The position numbers and the translations under genes were made by a program. A stretch of 62,871 nucleotides of DNA, the filler included, from Platydemus manokwari (Eukaryota), in assembly GCA_037951405.1 (NCBI GenBank). It is 5 parts of 5 records of this genome, joined end to end, with 100 filler letters (N's around TTAATTAATTAA, not from the genome) between each part and the next. Parts side by side here need not be neighbours in the genome. Positions count along the whole stretch, not along the records: positions 20,903 to 40,415 come from JBBMOY011900275.1; positions 40,516 to 50,114 come from JBBMOY011227543.1; positions 50,215 to 62,871 come from JBBMOY010026680.1; 2 more parts are not named here. One strand, 5' to 3'. The notes beneath the pieces were generated by a model. The model did not search any database, was not told the origin of the DNA, and saw only the letters and a list, made by a program, of their open reading frames with translations. Each line of letters starts with the position of its first letter. Positions within the stretch are counted from its first letter, which is position 1. Of this stretch, positions 39,980 through 59,809 are shown one piece after another.

Positions 39980-40415
39980 TGTGGAATCCGACCCTACCCG
40001 AAACACTAAAACATAAAATACAAATAAATATATATATAAGAATAAAAATAATTTGAAAAATATAAAATTTAAATTTAAAAAATTTTTACTTTCAACAGAA
40101 AAATAAAAATTAATAGAATAACAAATTTTTTTACAAAAATGAATTTAAAAAATAAATAAAACAAAGATTTTGTTTATTCGAAACAAATTCTTTTGTTAAA
40201 GCAAACCAAGGTCAAAGGGGAAAATTTTTATAAATCTATTTTTAGCAACTACGTCATTGCTAAAAATAGTGTAGCAACTCAAGTAGCTAAAAACAGTAGG
40301 CTGTTGCTAAATTTAGACATGACGTCTAGAGTGTTTCCAAATTTAGAAACAAATGAGAACAAAAAATAAACACACTAGAATGACGCATGCGACCTACAAA
40401 AACAGTATATAAGAG
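39980..40415 (+). repeat. Palindrome-rich LTR-like (U3-like) repeat truncated by a gap
   Basis: Starts TGTGG; perfect 13-bp stem CTATTTTTAGCAA/TTGCTAAAAATAG (40236-40269) plus smaller hairpins; ends CCTACAAAAACAGTATATAAGAG at the contig end. Confidence 0.3.
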
Positions 40416-40515
40416 NNNNNNNNNNNNNNNNNNNNNNNNNNNNNNNNNNNNNNNNNNNNTTAATTAATTAANNNNNNNNNNNNNNNNNNNNNNNNNNNNN
40501 NNNNNNNNNNNNNNN
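40416..40515. other. Assembly gap with artificial stop-linker
   Basis: N44-TTAATTAATTAA-N44. Confidence 0.97.
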
Positions 40516-40611
40516 TTAAAAATATTTAAATCTTTCATGTTGTTTTAAAGCAATAACTGTAACATTGAATTAATTTTATTTTTTAAAAAATTTTCGAAGT
40601 AAAGTTTTAGT

Positions 40612-43600
40612 ATGAAATATTTTTTTCTAACATGCTTAGAAATTGTGTTATTTCTTTCATTTTTCTACTTTTCTTATTATTCCATCGAAAATTTCCCATT
40701 TCACGGTGAAAATGAAAAATCATTATTTGAGAGATTTTCGCACCAGTCGAAATATTTAACAATGATTAATTTAGTAATTATTCTGATATTACTTAAATAT
40801 ACTTAGGTATCCGTTTAGTTTCTCTTAACCATATATTTTGGTATCAATATTTTTGTTGTTCATATTAGTAATGATTTGATGCAATCAATTCGATCATCTG
40901 TTTTAAGTGCGATGCTGTCTTTGGGATGGGTAATAATATTTTTTCGTAAATTTACTTACAAAAAATTGTTTTTATGATTAATATGAATTATTTTTATGAA
41001 TAATCATGGCTTTTTTTAGTGTGTGACTTTAATATTTTGGGGTTTATACTTTGTTGATCGTGAGTTGATATTTCCAAAAGCCTTAGATGCATACATTCCA
41101 AAATGGTGGAATATAGCTGCCGTATTTTAATAATTTTATTGATATATCAATTTTTAAATGTTCTAGCACTTTATAAATGCTGTAGCAATTACTGGAGAAG
41201 TATTAATCAATAGGCCAAAAGTTAAACCCACTAAACTGGGATTTGTTCTCATTTTAATGGTATCCTTAGCATATACTATAATGTAAGTCGATTTAAACCT
41301 TATATAATTCTATTCATAATCTTACACAAATATTTGTGATTGTGTCATTTTCGTTTTTTGTAAAACTATTAAAGAAATTTAAAATTCAAATAATGCCATT
41401 TTCAACTTTAAAATCTTTACTGGTTTTGATTTAAGATTCTATGGAATAAAATTTTGTACTTGTAATATTTATCCAATGACTTTCAACGATGTTTGATATT
41501 GACAATTTGATTGGCTAATACTTATGATATTATTATGCACCAGCAATAGAATGCATGCATTTCAAATGGTTTATAAAATATTCACGACTTTCGCACTGGA
41601 TTGTTGAACATTGGCATGATCATTATGGATGACACATTGTTATCACGTGACTTTATTTGAGGCAAATTACAAAATTGTGTCATCGTTGTAGGAGTACAGT
41701 GAGAGTATTTCATTATGACTACGCATTTAAATTAATTGATTGGACACCTCATACAAGTTGCCATAGCAATATTTTGTAACCAGTTAGGAATGCATAATGC
41801 TACTGAACTCTATTATTAATTGTAATACAGCATTTAATTTTCAAAGATTGCTCGATAAATGAATTATTTAGCAAATATTGCGGTTTTCAAACATGGATTG
41901 GTTGTTTTATTTTAAAATTGATCTATGTAATTCTTAAGGACATTAGATTGATTGGTTATATATATCATTGAAATGAATAGTTCATACGCAATGCATTTGT
42001 TTAAAGTTCAAATTAATTGGAAAATATTAATTGTGAGAGAGAATGTCGATTAAAATTTTACCAAATCCAAAATGCGCTCATACAATTAATACGAGCATTA
42101 GATATTTTTCAGATTGATATTCTCAATTTTGTTTGCGCAATTTACAAGCATGGAATTTTTTCTTTTTATTTTTCATGAGAATTTATTTATTATAATATTT
42201 ATTTAAATGATATAGTCAGTATTTTAATCAGTAATTTATTCAGTAAAAATATTTATTGAATTATTTTTAAAGAAATACTAATAAAAATTATTAAAAAAAA
42301 ATTATCGTAAAAAACAAAAATATTAAAAAAAAAAAAGAAAAAATTGAAAAATTTTAACACCCGGATTCATTGTTTGAATGAACTTTGGATTTGATTAATT
42401 TCAAATCATTATTCTGTCCTTCACAGTGAATAGTTTTCAATTGATATTTTGTTGACGTCTTTCAAAAGATTCGTGCATCATTAAAATCAATGTGAAGATC
42501 CTCATGATTTGCCGATTTTATTTATTATTATTCTATATATTGATGACAAACAAACAAATCAGTATTGATTAATGCCATTTGTTAAGCAAACCAATGATTT
42601 ATATTCAACATACAATATTTATGATAATCAGAGTATTCGATAAAAATCATAATCAATAATCTTGATAAATTCATGGCTAAATATTGATTTATTGAAAATC
42701 AAAAATTTTGTCTTTTTTTGCCAAATATATTTGAATATATTATATTATAAACAAGACAACGTTGACATCTAAATGTTTATTGGAATCCTAACAGCAATAA
42801 TAACACTTATAATTAATGATGTACAGTTTTACCGAATCTAATAAATTTCTTGTCCATTCTGTGTCAATTATTACTTGAGGAAAGCTATGAAATTGATTTT
42901 TACAATATTTTATACAATCATAGTCTTGGTTAGGCTTCTTCTAGACTCGTGGTGTCATACTTTTCTATAAATATACTCCTTAAGATTCCAAGAATAATGC
43001 TAGATTGTTGTTATTGTAATCGATCATAAATTCTATATCTGTTCTGTGTGTAAGAATGTTTTCATTATTAAAAGAACAAGGTTTTATGTCTTATTATATA
43101 TCAATCATGTTAAGAGATGTAATGGAGAATCATATTGGATATACAGAATCGAAAAACTTTAGTGAAATGTAACTCATTAAAGAAGGAAAAGTTGAAAATC
43201 ACAGAAATTATCGAATATTCTTTTGCAAAGAGGCCAAAACATGTGACAGCTTTACCATATTCGAATATATAATATCTAAGTTAAAAAGATTGTCAATTGA
43301 GTCCATAATAAGAGATATGCTAATGAGGTCCTTGATATTCCTAATTTGAATCACAAAATTCTATTTACTCAAAATCTGAACATCAAGTTTAATCTGAAAA
43401 TCATATCACGCAATCGATACGCTGTGTCCACTTCATACACTTAAAGTTAGTGTGATCTAGGAACATTGCATTAAGGCATTTCATATTCATTTATAAATAA
43501 TTTGAAGATGGGCCTGAATTGATAGACTAAAAAGATGGTGAATCAATGAGCTAATTAATGTACGCCAAACTAATATATTGTTGTCGTAGATTAACATTGA

Positions 43601-45244
43601 GATGCAGAATGAAGATAAATCCATATCACTAGTTGGGGTTTCAAAAAGGATATCCACTGAAATTTTAATATCTCTTTTGCAAAGTAATACGAAAGATTGT
43701 CGTTAAACTTGTCCAAGAGACTTGCTCATAAACTTTTAACATGAATCTCTGATATACTCATCCAGATATCGCTTGAATCTACTTTCAAATTTCGAGTAAC
43801 ATGAAGGAATTCGAAAACTTTTCCTTGTGAATTACTAGTTCTAGTTGTGTATGATGATATCGTCATTATGGTTTCGAAGGAAATTAAATCAAGAATGCAT
43901 TCTTATGTTAAATGGATCAATATTTTGATCACATAAATATGATGTTTAGATGACTCGTATAAACATGTTAGAGTAGATTTAGAATTTATATTGGAACTGT
44001 TTTATAGGAACATATGTTTTGAAACAGTTATTTATAAACAGATTGTAAATAAAACTTCAAAATAAAATCAATCAATATAGTTTTCTCCGTTTTACCATAT
44101 TGTACAAGTTTTAATATAAACAGTGTTGAATTTTGTTTTTCTCATCATTAAAATATCTATAAATATTATTGATTCATTAATCGATATGCTTATTTGACAC
44201 GTGGATTAAGAATTGCTATTTGAAAATCTTATTGAAAATTGATTAAATTATTGATTTACTTTTATGATATATTGATTATTAAAAATAATGGATATTTATA
44301 GAAAGAATGATTTGTATTCAATATGATATTGATTCATGTTAAAGATATTTTATCACAATTGATTGTGAAATATTATTTCAAGAATTAATGGTAAACTTTT
44401 ACAAGATATTTTGTTATCAAATAACTCATCATTTCTCGTTACTGAAAATTCATTTATTGTGACGTGTTTGTCGCGAGCTTTAAATTGATTTCGCTTTTAT
44501 TTGAATTACAATTGGTAGCATTAGTTGGCAAATTTTATTCATCCTCGAGTTTTAAATCAGAAGTCATTTTTTATCAGAGCCATAATATGTTTATTATTAC
44601 ATCAAGTTCCAAAAAATTTTAAAATTAAAATTTGCTCATCAGATTTGTCTACATTTGTTATCAAAATATAAAAATTCCTACAATTTTATATTATATCTTT
44701 AAACAAAAATTTCCATTTTATTTTAATAATTTTATGCTGCGAGTTTAACAGTATTATTTAGCAAAATCCTTGGATTTTATAAATATTTATATGATCTATT
44801 TATTTTTAAATAGTTGTGATTTTATGTAAATTTTCATTATTTATCGCATTTTTATAAGATCATTTTGTTTCTTTTAAAATTAACCCCACAGCTAGTGTGA
44901 TATATTTATTTTATCGAAATTTTACTCTCTCGGTGCAAATATATCGTAATAAAAAATTAAGATTATTTTTTTAATCGAAAAATTAAAAATAATTTATTGT
45001 GTTGTCATTTCCATTAATTAATGATATCATTTTCTTTAGGATCGAGTATCAAATATGTGTAAATAACGTATACGTATATCCTATATTCAAGGTTCTACCA
45101 AATCTCTACAGATACCTCTTCCTCGCTTTTGGCTTTTTATTAATTAGTTCTATGTATTATTTCACCAATAAATTCGTTACGAAGTTCTCGTTAAATCATC
45201 CTTGTAAAGGAAATGTAAAATCAAGTAAGTATAATCATGTGTAA
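40612..45244 (+). CDS. AIG1/ADTRP (FAR-17a family) multi-pass membrane threonine hydrolase, ~231 aa; exons 40612-40773, 40819-40929, 41020-41121, 41167-41282, 45040-45244
   Basis: KYLTMINL (catalytic Thr position), IFWGLYFVDRELIFPKALDAYIPKWWNIAAH (catalytic His position), VYVYPIF; hydrophobic segments; phases consistent across a 3.76-kb last intron. Confidence 0.88.
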
Positions 45245-45906
45245 TTGTGAGAATCAATATTTCAAAATATTCCTTCTAATGATTTTATGTTTTAAATTTT
45301 TTGTTTAGCTTTGATTTGATTTACGTATTCATCAAGTAAATTTCGATTGTAATATATTCCAGATAATATCGATTTTTATCGATATTTTCACTACTTTCTT
45401 TTATAAGTAGTTGCTATACTTCTATTTTTACATTGTAATTAAATTTTGAAATAAAAATTTAATAATTTTGAAAAACTTAATAGTTCTACATTTTAATCAC
45501 TATATTTAATTACATAAAATTTGGACATTTTAAATGTATTGATTTTTCTTATATTTTAATAATTATTATTATTTATCATAATTTTCTTAATTATTATTAT
45601 TAAAAATAATAACAATGAATAACAAGTTTTAAAAAAAGTAGAATATTATTGATAAGCTGATTTGTAAAAATAATTGTGAAACTGATCTCTACAAGGCATG
45701 AAAGTATGTGAAAATGTATTGTCATAACATATACAATTACAGATCGTGAAATATATGAAAACAAATACAAAATATTATCGTTAAGTCGTAAATTTATATT
45801 TTTTCAATTCGGGGTTTCATCAATGAATTGCAGTATTGTTTCTATGGATGATTTTAAATATAAATTATTGATCTTATAAAATATTAATTTTAACGGATTT
45901 TGTGAT

Positions 45907-46060
45907 TGTAAGCTGCTATTTTATGAAACACGCATAGAAAACGAACTGAAAAGTCACGACACCGAATTATGTCTTTAAATAGAATTATTTTAACCAATTA
46001 ATATAATGTGATATAAATCAAATTGTATACAAAATTTCAATTCAATTTAAAATGCTCACA
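45907..46060 (-). mobile_element. Solo LTR of the TRIM-like family
   Basis: TGTAAGC...GCTCACA, 154 bp, with the family core CACGCATAGAAAACGAACTGAAAAGTC; flanked by a near-perfect 5-bp TSD GTGAT/GTGAC. Confidence 0.75.
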
Positions 46061-48341
46061 GTGACCAAACCAAATAATGTGATAAATCAAATGAGTAATA
46101 TTAATCTTGTAGCGATATTTGAAAATATGGAAAATAATCCCGACAATGCCATTACTCATTGGTTTTTCAAAATCAATATTTTATTAACTATAACTTACAC
46201 CTTTATTTTTAATAATATTATCATATTTCAGTCTAAATATTATTATGTATGTTGTAACTATAATTCTATTATAATTTAATAACAAAGTTCAAGTATGATC
46301 GAATGTTACGATTATAATTTGATCTCGTATTACCATTTTTGTGATTGATCTTGTGGTGCTTGCAGCATACGAATCTATTCATGTTAAAGGTTTCACACAA
46401 TTCCATAAATATTTTAACTTTATTTTTCATCATTCAACTAAACCAATAATCATAGGATAAGTTTATTAGCCTGTATTCGTAATATTTGTTAGAATTGCTT
46501 ATCGAAAAATAATTATATTTTCATGACAAATAATTTTTCACTTTGACAAATAATATTTCTGAACTTTTCATTCCAATATTTTCCACAGTGTGTTATCATG
46601 TGATTGAAAAATAATAATTTATCATTTATATTTATATTTCCGCTTGTACCTCTTATTCGATATGAGACTAGATTATGTACACATAAAGAGGTTTTGGGAA
46701 TAGGCGATTAAATTTGAATAGGAATAGATAAATAAAAAATAGTTAACTCGCACACAATTTTTACCCAACCAAATACATATTTTTTAATATTTCCCTCCGA
46801 TAGATTTGTAAATTCGCGGTCTACTGAACGACATTCTGATATGGTTGTGTTGATCAGACATTGGCCATTCCTTATCTCGGACATGATGATAATCATCAAC
46901 AGTGTAGGTGCAGCCAAAAATAATAATTTAAAAATTTGCACTAATCTAACAATAAGAACACGAGGCAATTTTGGTCAATTGATAACGAGTAGTGATTTGT
47001 GGAAATTGGAATTTAAGATTAGTGGAGGAGAGAATATTTTCATGAAAAATGAAGATATATTGAATGTTTTGAGCTTATTGATCAATTATTGCTTGAAACG
47101 AATATCGGTCTGTTATAATTATATTCTTTATATTTGGAGTGTTAATCTAGTGATGGGATTAAAACAATTTGACTGATAAACCTGATGATGAAAACATACA
47201 GAAGTTCCTTACATATTGTCGCCCACATACATCAAGTTACTTTGTTTGGGAAATTTAATGCATTTGTCGGAAAATTTTCTTTGTAAATTCCATGTGCAAA
47301 TAAAATATTAAAATGGGTTAATTAAGTTTACAATAATAAAATGATAGACATATTACGGGCTCTTTCATTTCCGTTTTGCATTCATATTGAGAATTAATGC
47401 ACTCCAAATGTAAAACTTACAATCAAATCGCCCATAATTGAAGCCGCATTCTACGAGCAGATTTCTGAATTTGTGCATGCAATTTTGAAATGAATCCTTA
47501 AGGTCAGATTGGTGCAGTTTCCTAATTTAGTGAAACATATATGTGTATGTATGTGCGTGTGTGTTATGTGCACAATATCCACTGATATTATCAGTTTCTT
47601 AAAATATTGACAAAAAATTATTTGAATTTAACTTCATTAAAATTTATCCCATCTCTTCCTCTGAAATTCCATTAATCATCATTTTTCCATTTTCAGCTAA
47701 ACAAAAGCCAGGCATTTACAAATCAAATCAATCGTTGGCCGGTTCCACAGTTCGTCGCAAAATTCGCAAAGATTAATTTTTTTTAAATTGATCTTAATTA
47801 ATTGTGAAACATTGATTTTAATTTTATGTTACAACAATAAATGTTAGTACTAGTCCGAAACTCAAGGTCATTCGAGTTGATTAATCATAAATATTGCTTC
47901 TTGTTGCGTGTATGATTGTGCGTATGTGTGTGTATGTTTGACCTGGTGTTGTTGTGACTTATCGAATGGCGCGGTGCTCATCACTGCATCTGTTGGCTAT
48001 CGTGCCACGAAAACATCCCCACAAAGTTGCTATTCCGTGTTCTGTTACATCATTATTGATATATATGTGGGGATATATATGTATGGTAGCCTATCTACCA
48101 CATGCAACCGCCCAGCATCACTGCACCTGTCTAGATCGGCTCTGTGTTATAATTAATAACATTGGGGTTGTGCGGTTTGATTAAAATATTTAGCCACACT
48201 CAACAGGAAAAATTGACGCTATGCATGCACGTGAAATCAATTCCAGATTTAGAAGTTAATCACTGATAGCGCTTCTGTAGTTTCTTTACCCCAATATTTA
48301 GTTATGTTGGTGCTTAACATTAGTTATAGCTATGACTTATA

Positions 48342-55168
<6,827 letters not shown>

Positions 55169-55562
55169 TATTAATTAAATTTAAAATAATACTTTATGAT
55201 ATCATTTTTTTAATCTACAATATTGTCAAGTATATTACGTTATATTCTTTTGTTTATGTAAACGGGTTTCATTTTTTTTTAATTCAGGGAGCTGAAAATT
55301 ATTTGGATTTTTATTACAATACTTTAAATTTTTAACTGAAAAATAATTTGTTTTGTAATTATATTTTTAAATCATTTCTTATTTTATCAAACAAACTTTT
55401 TATTCTATTTTAAATATTTTCTATTAGAATTTTTTTAAAAATTTTTTGCATTATGTAATTTAAAATTATGGCACTACTTTCCGTATTTTTATTTTATTTA
55501 TATCAGGGTTTTTCAAGGAAAATATTGACTTATCATTAAACAATTACCACGGTAATATTTTT

Positions 55563-56111
55563 TGTAAGCCACTACTATTTTATAAAGCACGCATTGAGAA
55601 CGAACTGATAAGTCGATACACAAATTATACATTCAAATACTATCATATAAATTAATATAATTTTTATAAAATCTGAATTAAATCTTTAAAAAATTTAATT
55701 CTTATAAAAATTCCCACAATCCCCTTTCTTTAAAATCTTTGATTTCCTTGTTTTCTTAATTGTCAATTGTATCGAATACTCTCCATTTTTATCTACATAA
55801 AATTCTCTCATCCGTTTATCTTCTTGATTTCTTTTCCATATAGTATTATATCTTCTCTAAATCTTCTTTATATCTTCTTTATCTATAAACTCGAAATATC
55901 TCCCTCCTTCTCTTCTATGATTTTCAGCCAATGATCTTACCAGAATCGAATCCAGAAACAAGGTCACCATGTAAGCCACTACGATTTTATAAAGCACGTA
56001 TTGAAATCGAACTGAAAATTTAAAACACCAAATTATCTAAACACAATTATATAAACAGATTAATATAATTTCTATTTAAAATCTGAATAATTTGATATAA
56101 AAATTCTCACA
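55563..56111 (-). mobile_element. Miniature LTR retroelement (TRIM-like), copy D, complete: LTRs 55563-55718 and 55970-56111, internal 251 bp
   Basis: Two direct repeats both TGTAAGCCACTAC...CACA. On the - strand TGGTGACC (PBS-like) follows the 5' LTR and AAAGAAAGGGGAT (PPT) precedes the 3' LTR. No RT or integrase; no TSD visible. Confidence 0.8.
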
Positions 56112-56810
56112 AACACTATTATTTATATGATCTATTTTGAAATTGTTGTGACAAAATTATTATCTATGAAACAATAATAATCTTGTTGATAAGACCATTT
56201 TAATAACAAAAACCTTACAAAACCTGCCATATCCAATCCAAATAAACATTCAAAGATAAACAAAAGATTTTCCTTATGAAATAAAATCAAAAATTTGTAT
56301 TTGAATTACTTTTATAGGAAATATCAATAATATAACCACAACATCTACTTTCAAAAGCAACATTTATCTAGTTTTTAATCTTAATAATTGTAAAGATATT
56401 TATGTAGTTCTGAAATCAAATAGAGGAAGTAATTGATAAAATGTACCCAATAATAATTACAGTTTTATAGCATTCTACTGACAAATACTGTTAGTGATAT
56501 AACGACACTCAAATATCATTTTTCCTAATCATTTACACAAAGCAATTTGATATGAAATTATACTTTCTGTCGAAGATCATCTAATGTAATATATTTGTGT
56601 ACAATCTAGGAGGATTTTTGTTTCGCATTCTACTGTTTCTGAAGCAGTTATTGAATTGAATTATCCCGGCATTTTCATATGTATGATAGAGGTTTTCGTA
56701 AAATATAGCGATAAATCAAACGTCTCATATGGAATTTTCTGTTTATATCAGAATATTATATATGAAAATATAATTAAAATCATTCTGACCAATAAATATT
56801 TCTTAATATA

Positions 56811-57938
56811 CTGCGCGATTCATAAGCCTCTGTCTCTAAAACTAAAATAAAACAACAAAACACAATATAATTTTAACTCACATATTTATATTCATTTATA
56901 TTATTCCCTGATTAATGTACTTTATTTCTTATTTCTTATTAATCAGTTGCATTATTATAAGGAATTGAGCATGTGGAATAGGACACTTAACGATTTGTTT
57001 TAAGATATGGAATAACAGCGACGATTTGAGAGCTGAAAAAACTACCCGTGGCAAAGACGAATTAATAATAATCTAAGACAGAAAAACAGTCGACAAAGCA
57101 CAGTGATCTTATATTTATACACACCACAATTATTCATCACAACAACCTCGTCAGATGCCATGTCCAATTATAAATCCTAGGAAAAAACGATGAATTTAAT
57201 GCCTAGTTATCATATTACGCAAACACAAGAATTAAAACAAATAAAACAACAAACTCAGTATAATTTATACTCACATATTTATACTCATTGATATTAATTA
57301 TTATTCACTGATTAATTTTCTTATTTCTTATTAATCAGTTGCATTATTACAATATGACGGAAGTAGCTGGTGACGTAAAATTTTCGCTCGCGGATAGTGT
57401 TTATAGTTAGCCATGCAATAGTGTACCAGAGTAGTGCCAAAGACTGCGAAGACTTTCGAAAACATTTCAATCGTGCACCACAAGCTAGGACAACATTGCA
57501 ATGCTGGAAACAGAAGTTTGAAGAAACTGAAAACTCATCCACAAGGTTGCGATCAGAAAGACCGTTTGATGAAATCATGAAATAAAATGTGGTAAATTTT
57601 GTAAAAGAGAATAATGGCACAAATCAACGAGAAACTGCACGAGTGTGTAGGACTTCACAAACATCTTCACAAACAAACAGTTCACAGATATCTCAAGGAA
57701 GAAAAAATAAAACCTTTTCAATATTCTTTTAAAATAATCTTCAGGAAACAATGCAATCTCTGTTTAGAGCAAGATGGTGAACATTTTGAACAGTTGCTAT
57801 GAAATTGCCTATTATTTACCGTTATTTGTTCTTACTGTTATTGTATCTTGTTGTGCATAAAAGTAACTCAATACATTTATTTTGTTCTTACTGTTGTTTT
57901 ATTTTAGTTTTAGAGACGGAGACTTATGAATCACACGG
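56811..57938 (+). mobile_element. Internally deleted Tc1/mariner-superfamily transposon (Tc3/rosa-like), in a USP7 intron
   Basis: ~47-bp TIRs (C(T/C)G(C/T)G(C/T)GATTCATAAG...TCTCTAAAACTAAAATAAAACAACA) with TA TSD. Remnant N-terminal HTH (FRKHFNRAP..RTTLQCWKQKFEET..RSERP; TVHRYLK...KPF) joins directly to the C-terminal CLEQDGEHFEQLL*; the catalytic core is absent. Confidence 0.85.
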
Positions 57939-59809
57939 TATATAAAAGAAATAAGGTTTACTAAACAGTGCTTAAATAAGTTCACGAAAATATGGTAACA
58001 TAACTAACATCACCATATTTGTGTTTTTAAAATTAATGATATTTATTTTTCTTCTGAGAAACGATTGATCACATCGACTTCATTCCTGTGTCTAACAATT
58101 GATCAATGTAAATTGATGTTGAAATATTGACGTGAATTAAAAAGGAATTTCTCAAATTCAAAGAATATCTATCGATATTGGTGATGAAAAACTCCATGGC
58201 GACAAACAATTTAATAAAGTCCTCATCGCTTATAGAGTAATATATTATATAACTTGTAGCAAATATCACAATAATATTGGGCTTACGATGTTGATTATGA
58301 GAACGTGATATGAAATTATATTTTAATTTAAAAGGAACCCACACGTGGTAAAATTCATACTATACTATAGTCATACATACATACTGGCAAATTAATCACT
58401 AAGTATGTATTATAAGAGTATGAATGTATTAGCACGAATACAATAAATAATAACTTTTCTCTAATTCCAAAACTAGTTATACAATTCAAAACAACATGCG
58501 TACAAAGTTATTTAAACATGGGAGAATTTAAGTAACAAAGTGTCGGCTTAGTATTTGATAATATATTACTATTGGGAGCACTTATTATACTCCAATCAAG
58601 TGTTTGAAATGCATAAATTACGACACAAGAAACAGAGATAAATCAAGAAATCAGTGTGTATGTGACAAGATATTGATTTCAAGATCAAAGATTTTCAAAA
58701 ATAAAAACCTTGCAATAACACTAAATAATAAGCAACCAATAGAAATGAAATAAATTTAAATCCAAACTAACATAACTTACTGGTATATTGGTAGAACACG
58801 GATATTACTTTTCTCACAGACATATGTCTACTGGTAAAAGTGACAAGAGTCAATAACTAAAAGTATTATGAATCTACGGGGACAAATCTATTAAATCGAT
58901 TTTCATTGGTGACATTAATCACAAAGAATTAAATCAACATATTTATAAATAAGGCGAATACGAATAAAAAAATATCAAATTTTAAACCTTGGTTTCCAGT
59001 ATCATCGACATTCCCCCGGTGTATGCAACCTCGGCATCAAACCACAATCCACGTGAATCCAAATAGGGTCGGGTAAATTTTCTGATCAATGGGATTTCTT
59101 TACCCAAGTGAATATCAACTACCGTAAGCTGATCAATAAATTGTGGCAACTAAATACATGAAAAGATTCACCGATGAAATAAAGAACATAAATCAAAGAA
59201 AAAGTATAAAACAATCTACTCACCGAGGGACGGTTTTCTATCGTTTCGGATATGATTTGCATATGAAACTATGAGCATATATTCGATACAATATCAAACA
59301 TGTAATTGTAACCATTTTCATAGCTATTCTCATGATGTAATTAAATCAATAAATTAAAATGCGAAAAGTGAATCGTCAAATATTAAACATAAATGATTTA
59401 GTGCAAGTATAGGCGTCACACGGTCATCTATTTCTTTTCAATTCGTAAATTATAGCAGCCAAATTTCTTTGGATTATTGTTTTTCTAAAAATTCTAATAA
59501 ATTATTAAATTCAATATTGATAGTATCGAGTGTCTTGTAACTCAAATATAATGGAAAGTTCTGATAAAATATTTCAAAGTAAAGAATGATACACTGACTT
59601 CCAACTTATTTCTCCTAATTTTGAGTCATTTCATTTAATAAGTGACAAGTTTCCCAAACCTGTTTGAGTTTGCGAGACATATGTAAATCTGGATTCAAAA
59701 TGCAAGCGAACTTAAGAAATTATCGGCGTCGCTTGACTTTAACACGGATATCGTTACAACACCACCGAAATCTGAGGTCAAACTACGACCTGACTTGGAG
59801 AACCGAAAT

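Noticed and set aside
43400-43950. Possible RT remnant in the AIG1-like last intron
   Set aside because: No diagnostic motif survives in any frame.
47908-48184. Cys-rich ORFs upstream of USP7
   Set aside because: Produced by TG-rich promoter/5' UTR-like sequence; non-ATG starts and no domain.
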